Assembly (NCBI GenBank): GCA_050084985.1
Contig: JBITNC010000001.1
Coordinates: 155,434,001 to 155,498,000 of the forward strand
DNA: 64,000 nt
From: Nageia nagi
Taxonomy: Eukaryota > Plantae > Pinophyta
Direction: 5' to 3'
Part shown: positions 1 through 13,228 of the stretch, piece after piece
Layout of the letters: every line of letters starts with the position of its first letter
Numbering within the stretch: the first letter of the stretch is position 1
Notes under the pieces: generated by a model
What the model saw: the letters and a program-made list of their open reading frames with translations, nothing else
Database searches by the model: none
What the model was told of the DNA's origin: nothing
Made by a program: the position numbers and the translations under genes

Positions 1-855
1 TTGGCTAGTGTGAGAGGATATATCCTACTTTTAGACCATTCATGTTGTTGGCTAGAATGAAAGGATAGGTGGATTCTTGGAACCCATAACAAACCCAAAG
101 GAACTTGGCATTCAAACATTGTAGTCGTTGGTGGAGCTTGATGCAAGAGAGCTGAACTCTTATGCCTCCAGTCATTTCCAATCTTCCTATTTTTCTTTTA
201 TTTTTTATTTTCTTTATGCAGCTTTTCACACCCTTTACTTCTTGTACCTGAGAAACAACCCTTGTCTAGGCACTGAGACAATCCGAGTCCTTGACGAACA
301 AATATTATTTGAGTTGGTGGCAGCTTCAAACATCATAGCCAATCTTTGAGCCTCATTCTCGCACCATCCATTTCGAGAGACCTTTGAGGTAACCAATCCT
401 TATAACAGATAGGGTTAATGCCCTTCCACCTAAGGTGTTGGTGTCTCTGCTAACCTTGCAGTTATTTGCCTATTCGTAAGGTAGGAAAGAAAAACCATCC
501 AACACACTCCATATAAACAAGTGTCACCAGATGCCTCTCGCTTTGTTACCTCTTAAAAAACTACAGCACCAACAGCAACTGAAATGTCCAAAGCTTCAAC
601 AGCTATGCCGATGACTCCTACATTCTTAAAAAAAATCTTTCTTCGCTTATAGAAATCAGCTGGTACATTTCTCTGATACCATGTATGATTTCTAATACTG
701 CAGTGATCAATTTGTTATATATGTAAGTATTTATTCATACAATGGTTCGTTAAGGACAGCCAATAAGTCTGTCTTCTTCCTCTACCAAACAGTACACAAG
801 GTACTCACAGACAAATAACCTTACATATTACACCTATGATGTAATATTCCTAACA
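1..855 (-). mobile_element. 5' end of a decayed LTR retrotransposon: short LTR (about 682-855), tRNA-iMet PBS, degenerate gag-like region running off the window
   Basis: ctctgatacca at 671-681 is TGGTATCAGAG on the minus strand and abuts TGTA at 682. A TAACA end lies at 851-855. A degenerate knuckle-like stretch (VCYGFQESTY) is in ORF 5..229. Confidence 0.6.
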
Positions 856-1396
856 ACAAATTCTCAGATATCTGATGGCAAAGGAAAGAAACTCAATGAA
901 AAGTAAAACTAAAGAATATTATGAACCATATATCCATAAAACACTGGAAATAAAGAACCAATGTGTATTTAACCATTGCATCAAGAAGTGAATTTGCCAT
1001 AAAACTTCCAGAAACAAAATAATGATAATAGAATATTGAACTCTGTATTTATATATAATGTTATCTTCATCAAGCATTTGTATATTTTAGCTGGCCCAAT
1101 GCAGCATCATGAAAAAAAAAACCGTACTATGAGTACCAGTTCAAAAATTCCCTGTTCTTAAGCTGCTTATGACAGAATGTAAATTTTAACACCATTATAA
1201 AAAAACGTTTCATATAGAAATATTCAGTGCTTCCAAGAAATGCACCACGAATCCAATTTATTGTAGATATTTAACAATATCCAAGAAGTCTACAAAAGTG
1301 TTCTTTGTGAATAACTTAAATGCCATAGATGTGCATGTGGTGATCTATATGTATGTCCATAATATTAAAGCATATCCAAGCAAAAAGAAGAGAAAC

Positions 1397-1465
1397 CTGG
1401 AGCACAGGAGTTTCTACTTCAAGGAATCCAAGATCTTCCATCTTTTTCCGTATCTCTGAAACAAT
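1397..1465 (-). CDS. OVA5: Lysyl-tRNA synthetase exon (motif 1: IVSEIRKKMEDLGFLEVETPVLQ)
   Basis: 69 bp with a TAG acceptor at 1466-1468 and a GT donor at 1395-1396. Contains the class II aaRS motif 1 GFLEVETP. Confidence 0.95.
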
Positions 1466-2067
1466 CTATTCAAAGACATTCTAACGTCAGCCGGTTTCCA
1501 ATAATAGATCAAAAAGAGTAGAATAATTTGTTTCTACCTAATTATGCTTAATAAATCTTAGTTTATTGATCGAAAGCAGCATGAAGTAACAATTTCATTC
1601 TGATGAATAAATGTGTAAATAATGAAAGAGAAAAAAACTTATTTTATTGGATACCTTATTTTTGAGCTCCATGAAGCCAAATCACAGACCATTTACAAAA
1701 GTGAGAAAGAAGATCTATATTTCAACAATTAAAATAATGGTTTTGAACTTGAACTATGAAGTACCACTACTCAGCCTGATGCAAAGGTTTTGATATAATG
1801 CCTGCGTCCAGTTAAGGCAGTTGGAGCAAGTTTGCAATATTCAATTTGAAAGCTTTTATCACATGCACCTAATATGTCATATGTGACTAATTATGGAATT
1901 CAGAGAGTAGAGAACAGCATATTGAACAATCAAATAGCACACTAGACGCCGCAGAATTAGTCTGCAATAGACAGTTGTGAACTGTTCACAATTGGATGGT
2001 ATTACATGGAAGCAAAGGCTATATATATAGCCTTATGCACATTTAATTAAACCTACCCAATCAGCCC

Positions 2068-2222
2068 AGATCAGCACCTTATCCATCTAACTTGGTTAGG
2101 TGGATTCAATACACGTTTGAATAAACATAGGACAGCTAATAGATCAGCACCTTATCCATCTAACTTGGTCAGGTGCATTCAGTACACATTTGACTAAACA
2201 TAGGACAGCTGAGAGACAGCTA
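2068..2222. repeat. About 73-bp tandem duplication inside the copia LTR
   Basis: agatcagcaccttatccatctaacttggt...aaacataggacagct occurs twice in tandem. Confidence 0.85.
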
Positions 2223-3329
2223 ATGAAGTGATATTAGAATCAGATGTGTTGTGCCCGCACAACACAACCCAAGATGCAGCATTTTGAGGATCCTACTTTT
2301 TTTAAGATAATGAATGACATTGCCCGAAGATGACTAGACGATAGTCAGGATGAAGACTCAAAGTGGCCAAGTGATGAAGCAGTGCACGCAAGTGACCTCA
2401 GATGCACCAAGTCAATTCAGTGCATCCAGCGGCCAATTCATGGCCCGATTTCAAGCAACATCTAACAAGATGCAGTTTCGGATCACAGTAGCAACCAGGA
2501 AGGGAGTTTTTCACAAAGCGGCCAACAAAGCAAAAAAGGTGCTTTTTTGCAACATTTGTGTGCAAGAGTGTCAAGTTGACGAAAAGGGCACATTTTTGCA
2601 GAGACTCAGCTCACAAGTGCTTAGCGCAATAGAAAGGCGCATTTTTGCAGAATTTAAGCGCAAAGGTACCCAGGTGACAAGCATGAGCGTTTTTGTCAAG
2701 TTTGAGTCCAAGTGTATTGAAAATGACAAGGATGACAAAAATGGGTGTTTTGGTCAACGTTGACCCCCGAAAGCTGGAAAAGGGCTAGTATGATGAAAAA
2801 GCACGTTTTGATCACTTTTGAGCCCAGAAATGGTCAGTATGGTGAAAATGTGCATTTTTGCACGATTTGAGTGAAAAGCTCGAAAATGACCAAAAGTGAC
2901 GAGTTGAGCCTAGAATGGCCAAAAATACTCAAAAATTCAGAAAATAACGAAAAAGGTCATTTTTTCACACTTAGGGCCCGAAAATGCCAAAAATGAAGGT
3001 AAATGACAACTTTGAGTCTGGAAAGACGAAAAAGGTCGATTTTGCACCGTTTGAGCTCGAAAATCACCGAAAATGCACAGTTTGAGCTCGGAGGTGCTCG
3101 AAGGGGCATTTTGATCAAGTTTGAGGTCAAAAACGCTGGGAATGGTTGGATATGCATAGATTGAGTCCGGAATGGACCGAAAATGCAGATTTTAGTACCC
3201 TTGGCCGTAGGCACATTTTTCCAAGATATTGAAGACCCAAGTGAGGGAAGAATGGTGCATGTTTCTCATAAATAAATGCAAATGGTATTGGAATTCGAGT
3301 CTAAGAGCATATTCTAAAAGATAAGGTGA

Positions 3330-4650
3330 ATTCTATCACAGTTAGGACTTGAAATTTTCGATTTAGGCTATGTCTAAGGCACTCAAAGGTTAGGCGCAAT
3401 TTTTCAAGCCTATGGGAAATACATAGAAGTGCATTTTGGTGCCTAGAAAGTGGTAAAAAACAAAATGCATTAAAAATGAAATCTAAATGCATAAATGAGT
3501 GGAAATGATGGTTCTAAGCCACATTAGGTCTCAAAATTTTGGTTTTGAGCAAGCAAAGACGCCCAAAATGCTAGACAAAAGTTAGATTTTTCCAAATCCA
3601 TTGGCATGAAAAATGGCGCCTAGAATGACAAGATGGAATGTTTTTTGACCAAAAATCAAGTGTCTCAAAATTTTTGATTTTGAGCACCCTAAAGGCTAGG
3701 TGCAAGTTTCCAAGGCTATGGAAATCCAATGGAATGAAATCTAGCACCTACAATCAAGAAATTTGATAAGTTTTGGTCAAAAATCCAGTTTGAGGGGTTT
3801 ATTGGGTGTAAAATGTGATTTCTAGCACATTTAAGTCTTGAAAATTTGGATTTTGAGCCAGTTTTGACCCTCCAAATGATAGGCACAGGTTTGCTAATGT
3901 TTCCAAATCCATAGAGATGAAAAATGACACCTAACTTGGAGGGATAAGTGAAAAATGCACTAAAAATTAATCCCAAGGTGTTCATTAGGTGAAAAACCCC
4001 ATTTTGAGCAGAATTAGAACTAAAAATTTCGATTTTGGGCAATGGAAAGGCACCTAAAAGGTAGGTGCAGTTTTTCATGCCATTGGAAATCCAATGGAGT
4101 GAAATCTAGCCCCTAGGAACAACGAGATTCAAATTTTTCCCTCGAAATTTGAGCCTAAGGGGTCAAATGCATGGAAAACATGAAAATAAGCACATTTAAA
4201 CTTGCAATTTTTCGATTTTCAGCAAGGAAAGTAGCCCAAAATCCTAGGCGCAGGTTTGCTAATTTTTCCAAATCCAGTGGGATGAAAAATGGCGCCTTGC
4301 ATGAGAAGTTTAAAATTTTGCAAAAAACTCAAATTTTTTCATATAATTGCATGGAAAGGGGTATTCTAAGCATGTTTAGATCAGCAAATTTTCGAATTTG
4401 AGCATTAGAAATGCCCTAAAAAGTCAAGCGTAGGTTTGCAAGCCATTGGAAAACCCAAAAAAAATGAAAAATGATGCCTAGATCCAAAGGAAAAGCTCAA
4501 AAACCCACCAAAACTGAAATTTTTGCACTTGATTGGGTGGAGAAGGAGAAAATAAGGACATTTAAACTTTGAATTTGTCAATTTTGACCAAAGGAAGTGC
4601 CTCCAAAAGCTGGGCGCTGATTTTCAAGTCTATGGAGTGTTTTAAGGCTC
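3330..4650. repeat. Degenerate tandem array (roughly 130-190 bp units) in the U3 part of the large LTR
   Basis: Recurrent aaatcca.tgg..tgaaa(aatg/tcta)gc.ccta at about 3592, 3720, 3903, 4085 and 4268, with TAGGCGC/GGCGCCT motifs. Confidence 0.7.
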
Positions 4651-5499
4651 CAAAACCTTAAGAAATATGCAAAATGCACCCCTATCGCACTTTTAAGTCA
4701 AAAAAGCCCACTAAGGAGAATGCAAAAGGTCCAAAAAGTCTATAAATACCACCATAAGCCTTTCATTTGCTCCACAACACTCTTCTTGAGCCTCCATGCA
4801 CCAATTTTTTTAGCAAAATCCTCACAAAACCTCATGCACTTGCTCAAAAACTTAAAATTTGACTCCAAGATCCACAAAAAGCTCAAAACCATCTCAAAGT
4901 TTCTCTAGAACCTTATAATCTCACCCTCCATCCATATGGTCAAATCCACTTTTTAAAAAATTTTCAAAATTTCGTACCCCCCTCATCTTTTGGCCATTTT
5001 CAAAAATGTGAAAAAACACAAAAAACACTTTTTCAAGGCTCAAAAACTCCCAAATTTTGAGTGATCCAAACTTCGAAATGAATACCAAAGTGATAGACCT
5101 CATATAGGAGAGCAACCTCCATCATTCACTTCCCTCGAACGAAGCTTGAAAACCCACTTTGCATCCCCATCTTTCCAAGCTTCGAAACTGCCAAAAGCTG
5201 TCAAAAAGACGAATACATGGGCTAAAAAAACAGCGAGTTAATTCGGACCCCGAAAACTCAATATTTTTTTTCGAGGCTTGGTCACAAGCCTCCTAGATTT
5301 ATTTGCCAACACCCCATTTACTCATTTCCCAATTCCGAAGAACTTCAAAAATCCCGAAAATCCACACAGCCTCTCAAAACTCAAAAATAGGCTGAAAATC
5401 GAATATCCCATTTTTTGCTCCAAAATTGCTCCAGATACACCTAGTATTTCTCCTAACTTTTTTTGTGCTCCACAATGAGCATTGCTAAGAGGAACAAGG

Positions 5500-6200
5500 A
5501 ACTCCAGATAAAGAAGATCATGAGGGATAGCCTGATCACCATTGAGAAAAAGGGGCAAGACTTCTTTCCCAACGGCCGTGCTTGTCGATGGCCTCAATCA
5601 GATCAAAGATACATATTGGGCACACACTGACCCAATCAAGACATTAGAGAAAATGGCTCAGATCCCACCTGAACAATTGCTCAACGATATTCTCACTCAG
5701 TCCAGAGTCATTGAGGCTTCCATGATCTTTTACACCGTTCCGTTCACAGAGTTATGACTTGAGATGGCTAGATACTGCAACACAAAGAAGAAATTCAGAG
5801 AAGCCTCTGTGACACTGATGGTATCCAAATACCAAACTTCACAATGGAGGGAAAAGAGAACACATTTGCATGGAGCAACAAGGGCATCATCTTCACCATG
5901 ACAGACTCCATCAAATTCTTCAATAGCATGACAAAATCGGGGAATCTAATCAAAGACTGGTTGGTTGATGAATGCAAAGATTTTAAGGCAAAGGCCTTAA
6001 GCCAACCAAAGAGAACAGATTTTTATCTTATAGTCTCTACCATTATCAGCATGTTGTGTCGAATAACAGGGCAAGAAAATGATCAAGGATTCCGAAAGGA
6101 ATTTGTCAACTTCATACGTCATATCAGCATAGGCAAGAGAAATCTTCGTGGGCACCAACTTCAAGGAAGGCATCACATGTGCAAACTGCAAGTCAGCCAC
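5500..6200 (+). pseudogene. Truncated accessory ORF (Transposase_32/plant-mobile-domain-like) within the LTR
   Basis: SRVIEASMIFYTVPFTEL*LEMARYCN...FTMEGKENTFAW...IISMLCRITGQENDQGFRKEFVNFI aligns by eye with 32290-32940 (LFNATMIPFAVPFPDLCSEVAKKCD...FTPVGIEAAFGW...LITLLSRVTSQESDAKYRREFIGFM). The family name is inference. Confidence 0.75.
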
Positions 6201-8536
6201 CATAATTTGTCATCTTCAAAAATTTTGAAAATTTTGTAAATCAGTAAGCCGAGAAAGTTGAGCATCAAAACTCAACTAACCCTGCTCTTCTGATCAGTCA
6301 TCTTGGCAAGTAGAGTACCAAAAGTCAATTGACTTAGTCGTAGGAGAAAAATATGTAATATTTTAATAGTTTTTTATAGAATTAGGGCAACACTTGGGAA
6401 CCGTAAAAATTCTATAAATAGACCCTATGGGGTCACTTTTATGTAGAATGAAAGTTTGGAACTTTTCCAATAATGAAAATTTTGAGAACAAGTTCAATTT
6501 TTTTGTAAAAGAAGAAAATTGTGGAAACTTTTATGTAACTCTTTTACAGGCTAATACAAAGTGGTTGCTTATTTTCTCAAGAGATTTGTCATACATGGAG
6601 TGGTGAATGGGATTCAGTTTGTGGCTTTCTTTCATAATTCAAATATTTTCACTTCTTTCCTTTAAAACTTGAGAGTTTTAGGAAAAAATAGTTGTTCAAA
6701 CTTTAAAAAATATTTTGAATTGCTCTAAGTTTGCCATCTTTTGCCTCTTACACACTTAAACAAAATGTATTCTGAAGTGTTTCTTTTCTATATCCTATTT
6801 GAAGCTCTCGTTCAAACTTGGTTCCAAAGCACGCATTCTACACTAAGTTGCTTTGATTGCATCGGTCCCATTCGCAAAGTACCGACAATCAGTTTTACCT
6901 TATGCTCTAGATTCAAAGCTAATTGGACAATAGTCATTCACCTCGAACTAGATTTAATGAACGAAAACATCCCAATCGATTAGAAAATGTCTCATTTTAG
7001 ACAATGTTTTGTTATGACAATCGCCTTGTGATTTAACCAGTATTGGATCATTCTAACTTTTTCTTTGTTTTATTTGCTTATTTTATCTTTCCTGCATTCA
7101 TTTTTTACCCAACCAAAACAACTTTCAAACATCGCAAAAACACCTTGTCCCTACAAAAAACGTGAGTTAACAACTTCTACCTCTATCAAACCAGTTGAGT
7201 TCATTCCCCTGAACCATATAAAATTGTGCTACTTCAACACGAACACGAACAAACCTTAGAGTTTCAGTCTTTTCAAGAGGCGATAAGTTACGCTATCTCA
7301 CCTAAATGTTGGGTGCTTTCCCCTTCCCGATCGTGTGCAGGCGATCATAGATGGGTAGGAAAGGTTTCCATGCCAACAATATGTTATAAAATCTGATATT
7401 CTAACACTTCCCCTTAAGATGTACTTCATTTATTCTCAACCCAAGTTTATTTCTGAAGTACTGAAATTTCTGAATGCCAAGGGGCTTGGCAAATATATCA
7501 GCCAACTGCTCATTTGTTGGCTTGTAGATCAGCTTTACTTGCCCATTCTCAATTTGCTCCCTGATATAATGATGGTGCACATCAATGTGTTTGGTGCAAG
7601 CATGCAACACTGGATTTTTTGCAATCTTCAAAACACTTTGGTTGTCATAATAGATCTTGGTTGGTACTGCTTGTTGGAGACCAAAATCACACATGAATTG
7701 TCAAAGCCAAATTACTTCTCTGGTTGCTTATAGCCTTATACAGCTGCTTTGTACTCTGCTTCTATGGATGAGAGTGCAACTGTGGGCTGTTTCTTACTGC
7801 TCTGCTGATGTAGATTTTCTATCTTCTGCATAATTTGCCCAATCAGAGTCTGAATATCCTTTAAGTTTAAAATTTGCATTGTGTACAAACTTCAAGCCAT
7901 ATAAGAGAGTGCCTTGTAAGTACCTTGGAACTCTCTTTCCTGATTTTCAATGACTCTGTTTAGGATTATTCATGAACCTAAATAGCATGACTACTGAATA
8001 CAAAATATCTAGTCTAGTTGTATTCAAATGTATTAGACTACCAACTAGTTGTCTATTTCCATGGGAACCAATTTTGAGTCAATTTCCATGGAAATTGGAG
8101 GTGATTTACAATTTTGCATTTGGAACTTTTGCAAGATTTCTTTGGTATATTTAACTTGGGAAATGAAAATTTCTCTAGGTTTTTGCCAAACTTCTACTCG
8201 AAGACAATATTGGAGTAGACCCTATATCTATTATTTAAAAATTATTTTTTAGATGTGGTGCTAAAGATTGAAGGATGTCCTTTGTGGGATGTTTACCAGA
8301 CTATATAGCATGCCCCATAGACATCAGAAGCCTTTTCTACACTCAAATACTGTACTATACCAACAAATATTTTTTACTAAGTATGCTTTCATACATAAGA
8401 ATACTAAAACAATTTCTCTTCATATGTGTGTATTCTTAACTAGTCCAGGGGATGTGGTTATCCACAATCCATATGTATAAATGTCTGAAATCTCTCTTTG
8501 CTATTATTTTGCATGTTAGTGCATGAGATGCATAAG

Positions 8537-9750
8537 TGTAAGAGACCAACTGGGAAAAACCTAGAAATTATAACAGAGAAACCAGATTTATTCAAAACGA
8601 TACCTTAGCTTCAGATACAGAACACTTGCAGATCCATCTCCAAACAGCTTTATTATTTTGCAAATCAGATATAGTCCAGAAAAAATTTACAAAATCATAA
8701 GACAAAGGCTCCAAGAGCTGGAAGTCTGGCTTAAAGGCTAAACTGGAATGCTTGCGAACCTCAAAATTCTGAAAACTGACAATCTATAACTGTGCGATCC
8801 TCTTGAAGGATGAATCTAATATTCTTGAAGTTCAAAATTGCTCCAAAAATGCAAAACCAGAATCCCAAGACTGGACATCCCTTTCTAGGGCCCATATCGG
8901 ATGTAAAAGCGCTCAAAATGTGTTCCCAAATTGGGCGATCTGTTCTCAGGAAAATTGAAAGCCTGAAAACTGAAATATCTTCACTCCAATAATGGGCAAT
9001 CCACTCTAGGGATTCCAAAACCCCAGATTTGATGCACAAATCGGTCAAGAAATCTCTGCTCTCCAACAATGCATGCATAAATGCAAACCCTGGCTGGGTT
9101 TGCCACAGAAAAACTCAAGGTTTTACCCTCAAGTAACAATACCAAGTGCCTGGCCTTCCTCTAGGATTCCCACTCCTGTAGCTGGTCTTCTACAAGAGGA
9201 ATAGAAGATTGCTGCTTCAGGAATATTCTTCAAAAAGTCAACTATAATCATCAAAAAAACCCTCCCAAATGAAATGTTTCACATCTATATAGGTGAGCAC
9301 CACATTTAGGGTTACATAACTCCTTAGAAATCCAATGCTCCATATTGGGTGACAAATCTCCACCTTTGAATACCAACGTCCCACTTGTGAAGGTTTATTT
9401 GACTTTGACCCACAAAGACTGCCAAAGGCAGTTACATATGCTTAAAACATGATAACTCACACCTAACACACCTTTTACAATAAACACCATTAACTAAATA
9501 AAACATACTTAACTATACTTAGAACATCACTAACTATCCTAGCTAATAAGCATTTACAACTGCTGTGGGCATTTAATAATGTCTCATTATTGGTTTACAA
9601 CATCAAAAATTCATCTAACTTTACAAAAACACACCTATCTATGCTAAAAACATCACTATCCCTTCTTAAAAGAGTGACGTCTCACTTTAAGTAAAAATAG
9701 GAACATTACAATGGAAAAAATAAGTGAGAATCAAAATTGGGGACATTACA
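8537..9750. mobile_element. Solo LTR, 1214 bp
   Basis: TGTAA...TTACA termini with a perfect ATAAG TSD (8532-8536, 9751-9755). Confidence 0.9.
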
Positions 9751-10387
9751 ATAAGTACACAACAAAATTGTATATATATTTACTCATATGTAGACTAACA
9801 ATCTTAACATGCTCACACTGAAATCTATTGTCCATGCCTATTACCATGAAAAATTGTTAGCAGATTTATTGTCATGAAACTTTATGAAAAATTGGAATGT
9901 TGGCATACCAAATATTGATAATTCCAGTTTGAAATTAAATACAACAAGAAATAAGATCCTGATTGTTAAATTGAACAACAGAAGTGTAGGTGAAAAAAAA
10001 TAAAAAATAATGAGCAAGTGAAAATAAACGATGCAAGCCAATGGGTCTAGGTTGAATGGTTGAAACAGTTGGGTGAAAACAACCGAAACCAAGGTCCAAA
10101 CCAGAGCAGCACCTAACAGTGATAATATCAAAATCAGTGGCAATAATAGCAAACAGCAAAAATGCTGGAGTGAAACCAATGATAATAATGATATATTGTA
10201 GACTCAGTGATGGGAGTGGCCCCCAATATAAACCATTTATAACTTAATAAAAAAATAAAAATAAAAGATGCAAACAAACACACGGTACAAGGTCAGAAAT
10301 CAAGTCATTAAAACCACACAAAATTCACAATATCCACTAGTACACACTTGGAACATGCAAGGTATATAATATCAAACAAAACCGCAC

Positions 10388-10445
10388 CTTTGCTCTTGAA
10401 CGAAATGTATCTGCCACTTCAGGATTTGCAATCATGTCCAAATAT
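10388..10445 (-). CDS. OVA5: Lysyl-tRNA synthetase exon (YLDMIANPEVADTFRSRAK)
   Basis: 58 bp with a TTCAG acceptor and a GTGCGG donor. Completes the conserved RYRQRYLD motif with the upstream exon. Confidence 0.95.
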
Positions 10446-10721
10446 CTGAAATAGTTATAAGACACATTCTTTAGTTTGGTTTTTCATGTTTGCGATAAAA
10501 AAATAGCACTTGTAATATCCATAAGAAAACTTCAACAATTAAATGAAGATCACTTGTTTAAGAGAAAATATATAACGCAGAATTTGATTACTGAAATGAA
10601 GAGTCAAATCAAGTTCCTTTTCTGTACTCACGAATCCATTAATATCTTTCCCATCAAGAATGATCATGTCCAAGCTACACTTGTATTTATACAAAATCTC
10701 AAATAGGCAATAACAAATCTT

Positions 10722-11428
10722 CAGTGTTCCACGGGGATGCATTTCCCCTCTTGGAGGAGCCGTTCCCGAGTTTTTGGGAACTTGGGAACACCTGGGGAAA
10801 TGTTTCCCAGCCGTTGCCTTTTTGAGGGACGTCCCCCAGGATGGGGGAAATGTTTCCCAGCCGTTCCCTTTTTGAGGGACGTCCCCCAAGATGGGGGAAA
10901 TGTTCCCCGGTCGTCCACCCAATCGGGAACAGCCAGGGAACGGTCAAAGTTTCCCAACCATTCCCAGGAACGGCTGAAGTTCCCCCTGCTGCTAGACCTA
11001 GGAAAGCTGGGAAAAAAAAAGCAGCTTTTGACTCAAAAAAAAGCACCAAAAGTGCTTTAGGATGGGCCCCACCCATATTTGCACCCTCTAACCCTAAAAA
11101 GGTGCTCTAAAAGTGATTTTGTAATCACTTGTCATTATAATTGTGTTATCAGATTTACCATTTTTTTATGATTATGTCTTGAAGTTGAATTTCTAATTTC
11201 AATTCCATGTTTTTAATTTGTATACATGATTAAATTTGATAATATTATCATTCGTCATAATAGTAATGAATTGCAAACGATAAAATCTTAAAATTCTGAT
11301 AATTTTTACTAGTATTATATTTGTCATTCCCTAGTCGTTTCCTACCGTTACCCAAAAATTACCCTATTTTTTCCCGTTCCCGGATACAGGTTTCTCGTTT
11401 CCCCGTTCCCCAGTCATGTGGAACACTG
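10722..11428. mobile_element. Non-autonomous hAT element (MITE-like), 707 bp
   Basis: 11-bp TIRs CAGTGTTCCAC/GTGGAACACTG and a perfect 8-bp TSD CAAATCTT. Subterminal GGGACGTCCCC/CGTTCCC repeats, including a roughly 52-bp tandem at 10795-10905. Confidence 0.95.
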
Positions 11429-12461
11429 CAAATCTTCATATGAGACTTGCAGAAATTAGTTTCCTCCAAAGATATATTACTTAATCATCACGCAAAAAAT
11501 ATGTTACCTATTTAAAGACAAAACCTTAAGAGAAAAGCGTAGATTTCAAGCATGCCATTGTGTAGTGATCATGTAGTTAGCGCTCTGGAATCTTAGTATA
11601 GTGATATCACAACCCTTTTCAAATAAGAACACTTTTTAGAAATTGTCATGGTATTTGCAATTATAAATAGTCTATAGAATAGACAACATGCACACATGGA
11701 TAAATATTAAATCCAACACAAAAAAAATACCAAGAAACTAACAGATTACCACAAAGGCAGCACTCATGTCCTATACTAAGGGCATATCACATAGACATCT
11801 CAAACTCGGAAGGCAGCTATGGGCATATCCCTGAGGTGTCTATACAAAATGATAGGCAGCTCCATGCATATCATAAAGTTATACGCAGCAGGATGCTTAA
11901 GACATACCATTGACACATCTTCCATACACAGTTGAAAGCTGAGGGGTATCCATTTAGACATGTCTCATGCTACATATGTAGTTAGGGCATGCTGCCAAGG
12001 CATCTCTTACAAGTTACATCTAATAAGCAATTGACAATATACTGCAAGTTATTTTTATCATCAGCAGCTACCAAATCACACATCATCAATGCAGTGAACC
12101 AAACTCAAGGCATAATTCTTATTAAACCAAGAAATCAAATATAACCAAGTAAGGTGTAACCACAAACAGGTCAGCCTGTCTCCTATGTGCATATCAATTG
12201 CTTGGTCTGATTTTGATGCACTTTATAGTACTATTTGCAGGGTGGTTGAAGTCCATGTGTACAAATCCACCAAGTACACAGTGTATGTTTGTATCTCATC
12301 TGCTTATTGTTATAACAACCAGATATGTATGCAAAAAGTCAAATACAGGGAAGGTGGTCAGTAACACTAAAATCAAACCTAATCCTATCCTTCCTTCTTA
12401 ACCCACATACAGACATGATCAAGCTATTGAAGAACTTTTCTACAAAAACTTTTGATTTCAT

Positions 12462-13225
12462 TGTAGGGAAAAATCAATCCAGTATTCCAAAATTCCTCAA
12501 ATCTGCACAATGGAAAATAAAACAAATTGTAGATCTACCTGGAAATATTATTGCAATCAGGATTTACAAATTTAATAAACAACTTGTAGATCTGCCTGGA
12601 AAGATTATTGCAATCCAGAATTACAGAACTAATAAACAAATTGCAGATCTGCCCGGAAAAATTATTGCAGACCGGATTTACATATTTATTGTCAAGGAAT
12701 CACAAAAAAAAAATACAAAATCCAAAATAATGGCCCAAAGGGTTGGACTTCTGATTTAGAAGACCAGATATATGATGAACAAAGCTCAAAACACACCACA
12801 AACTCCTCAGACTGTTGGACGTCACATTGATTGGGCCTTAAACCCTCAAACCTGAATTCTGAAATGCACTACAACACTCCCACAAGCTGGACAGATTGCT
12901 ATAGAACCTCAAACTGTTTGATCTAATCCTCAAAATGCAACCGGAACAAAGACTTAAGGGTTTTTGTCCTCAAATCCTGGATCTAAGAGGGGTTTCGTCC
13001 TCTAGACCACTCTCTTGCAAGTTTTCATCCACAAAAGGTTAGAAATCGACCTTTGAGCCAAATCTCAGGAAAATATAGTTGATGATAGACAAAGAGACCT
13101 TCTAAATGGTGTGCAACTCTCCTTTACAATTGGGCATCCCACTTTGGGGCTGATAAATCGAACTTGGAATCACAAATATCCAATCTAGAGATCTCAACCT
13201 AGAAACAATAAATAATGCAAGGTTA
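12462..13225. mobile_element. LTR fragment with a 57-bp x3 tandem repeat; probably resumes at 18605-18664 and 19780-19930
   Basis: Starts TGTAGGG and is similar in style to the 8537 LTR. The repeat at 12515-12685 explains the ORF repeat KQIVDLPGKIIA. The distal piece ends GGGGATATTACA at 19930. No TSD match found. Confidence 0.5.
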
Positions 13226-13228
13226 TTA

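Larger units (their letters stand above)
2247..7378 (+). mobile_element. 5.1-kb solo LTR (probably Tat/Athila-type gypsy) containing an accessory-gene remnant
   Basis: Ends TGTTG...CAACA with 5-bp flanks AGATG/ATATG (one mismatch). No gag/pol, PBS or PPT seen inside. Two CTATAAATA boxes (4740, 6412). The start matches the element at 30336. Confidence 0.75.
1880..8075 (-). mobile_element. 3' part of a Ty1/copia element (RT end, RNase H, PPT, 3' LTR); the LTR is interrupted by the 5.1-kb insertion
   Basis: ORF 7401..7694 has DNQSVLKIAKNPVLHACTKHIDVHHHYIRE...QLADIFAKPL (copia RNase H). PPT AGGGGAAG at 7407-7414 adjoins LTR start TGTTAG at 7406. The left LTR boundary is approximate. Confidence 0.8.

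Noticed and set aside
2350-2763. 137-aa ORF at the start of the large LTR
   Set aside because: No counterpart in the related element at 30336 and no motifs; likely a chance ORF.
10539-11110. Cluster of overlapping ORFs on both strands (also 13226-13500)
   Set aside because: By-product of GC-rich hAT subterminal repeats; no protein motifs.
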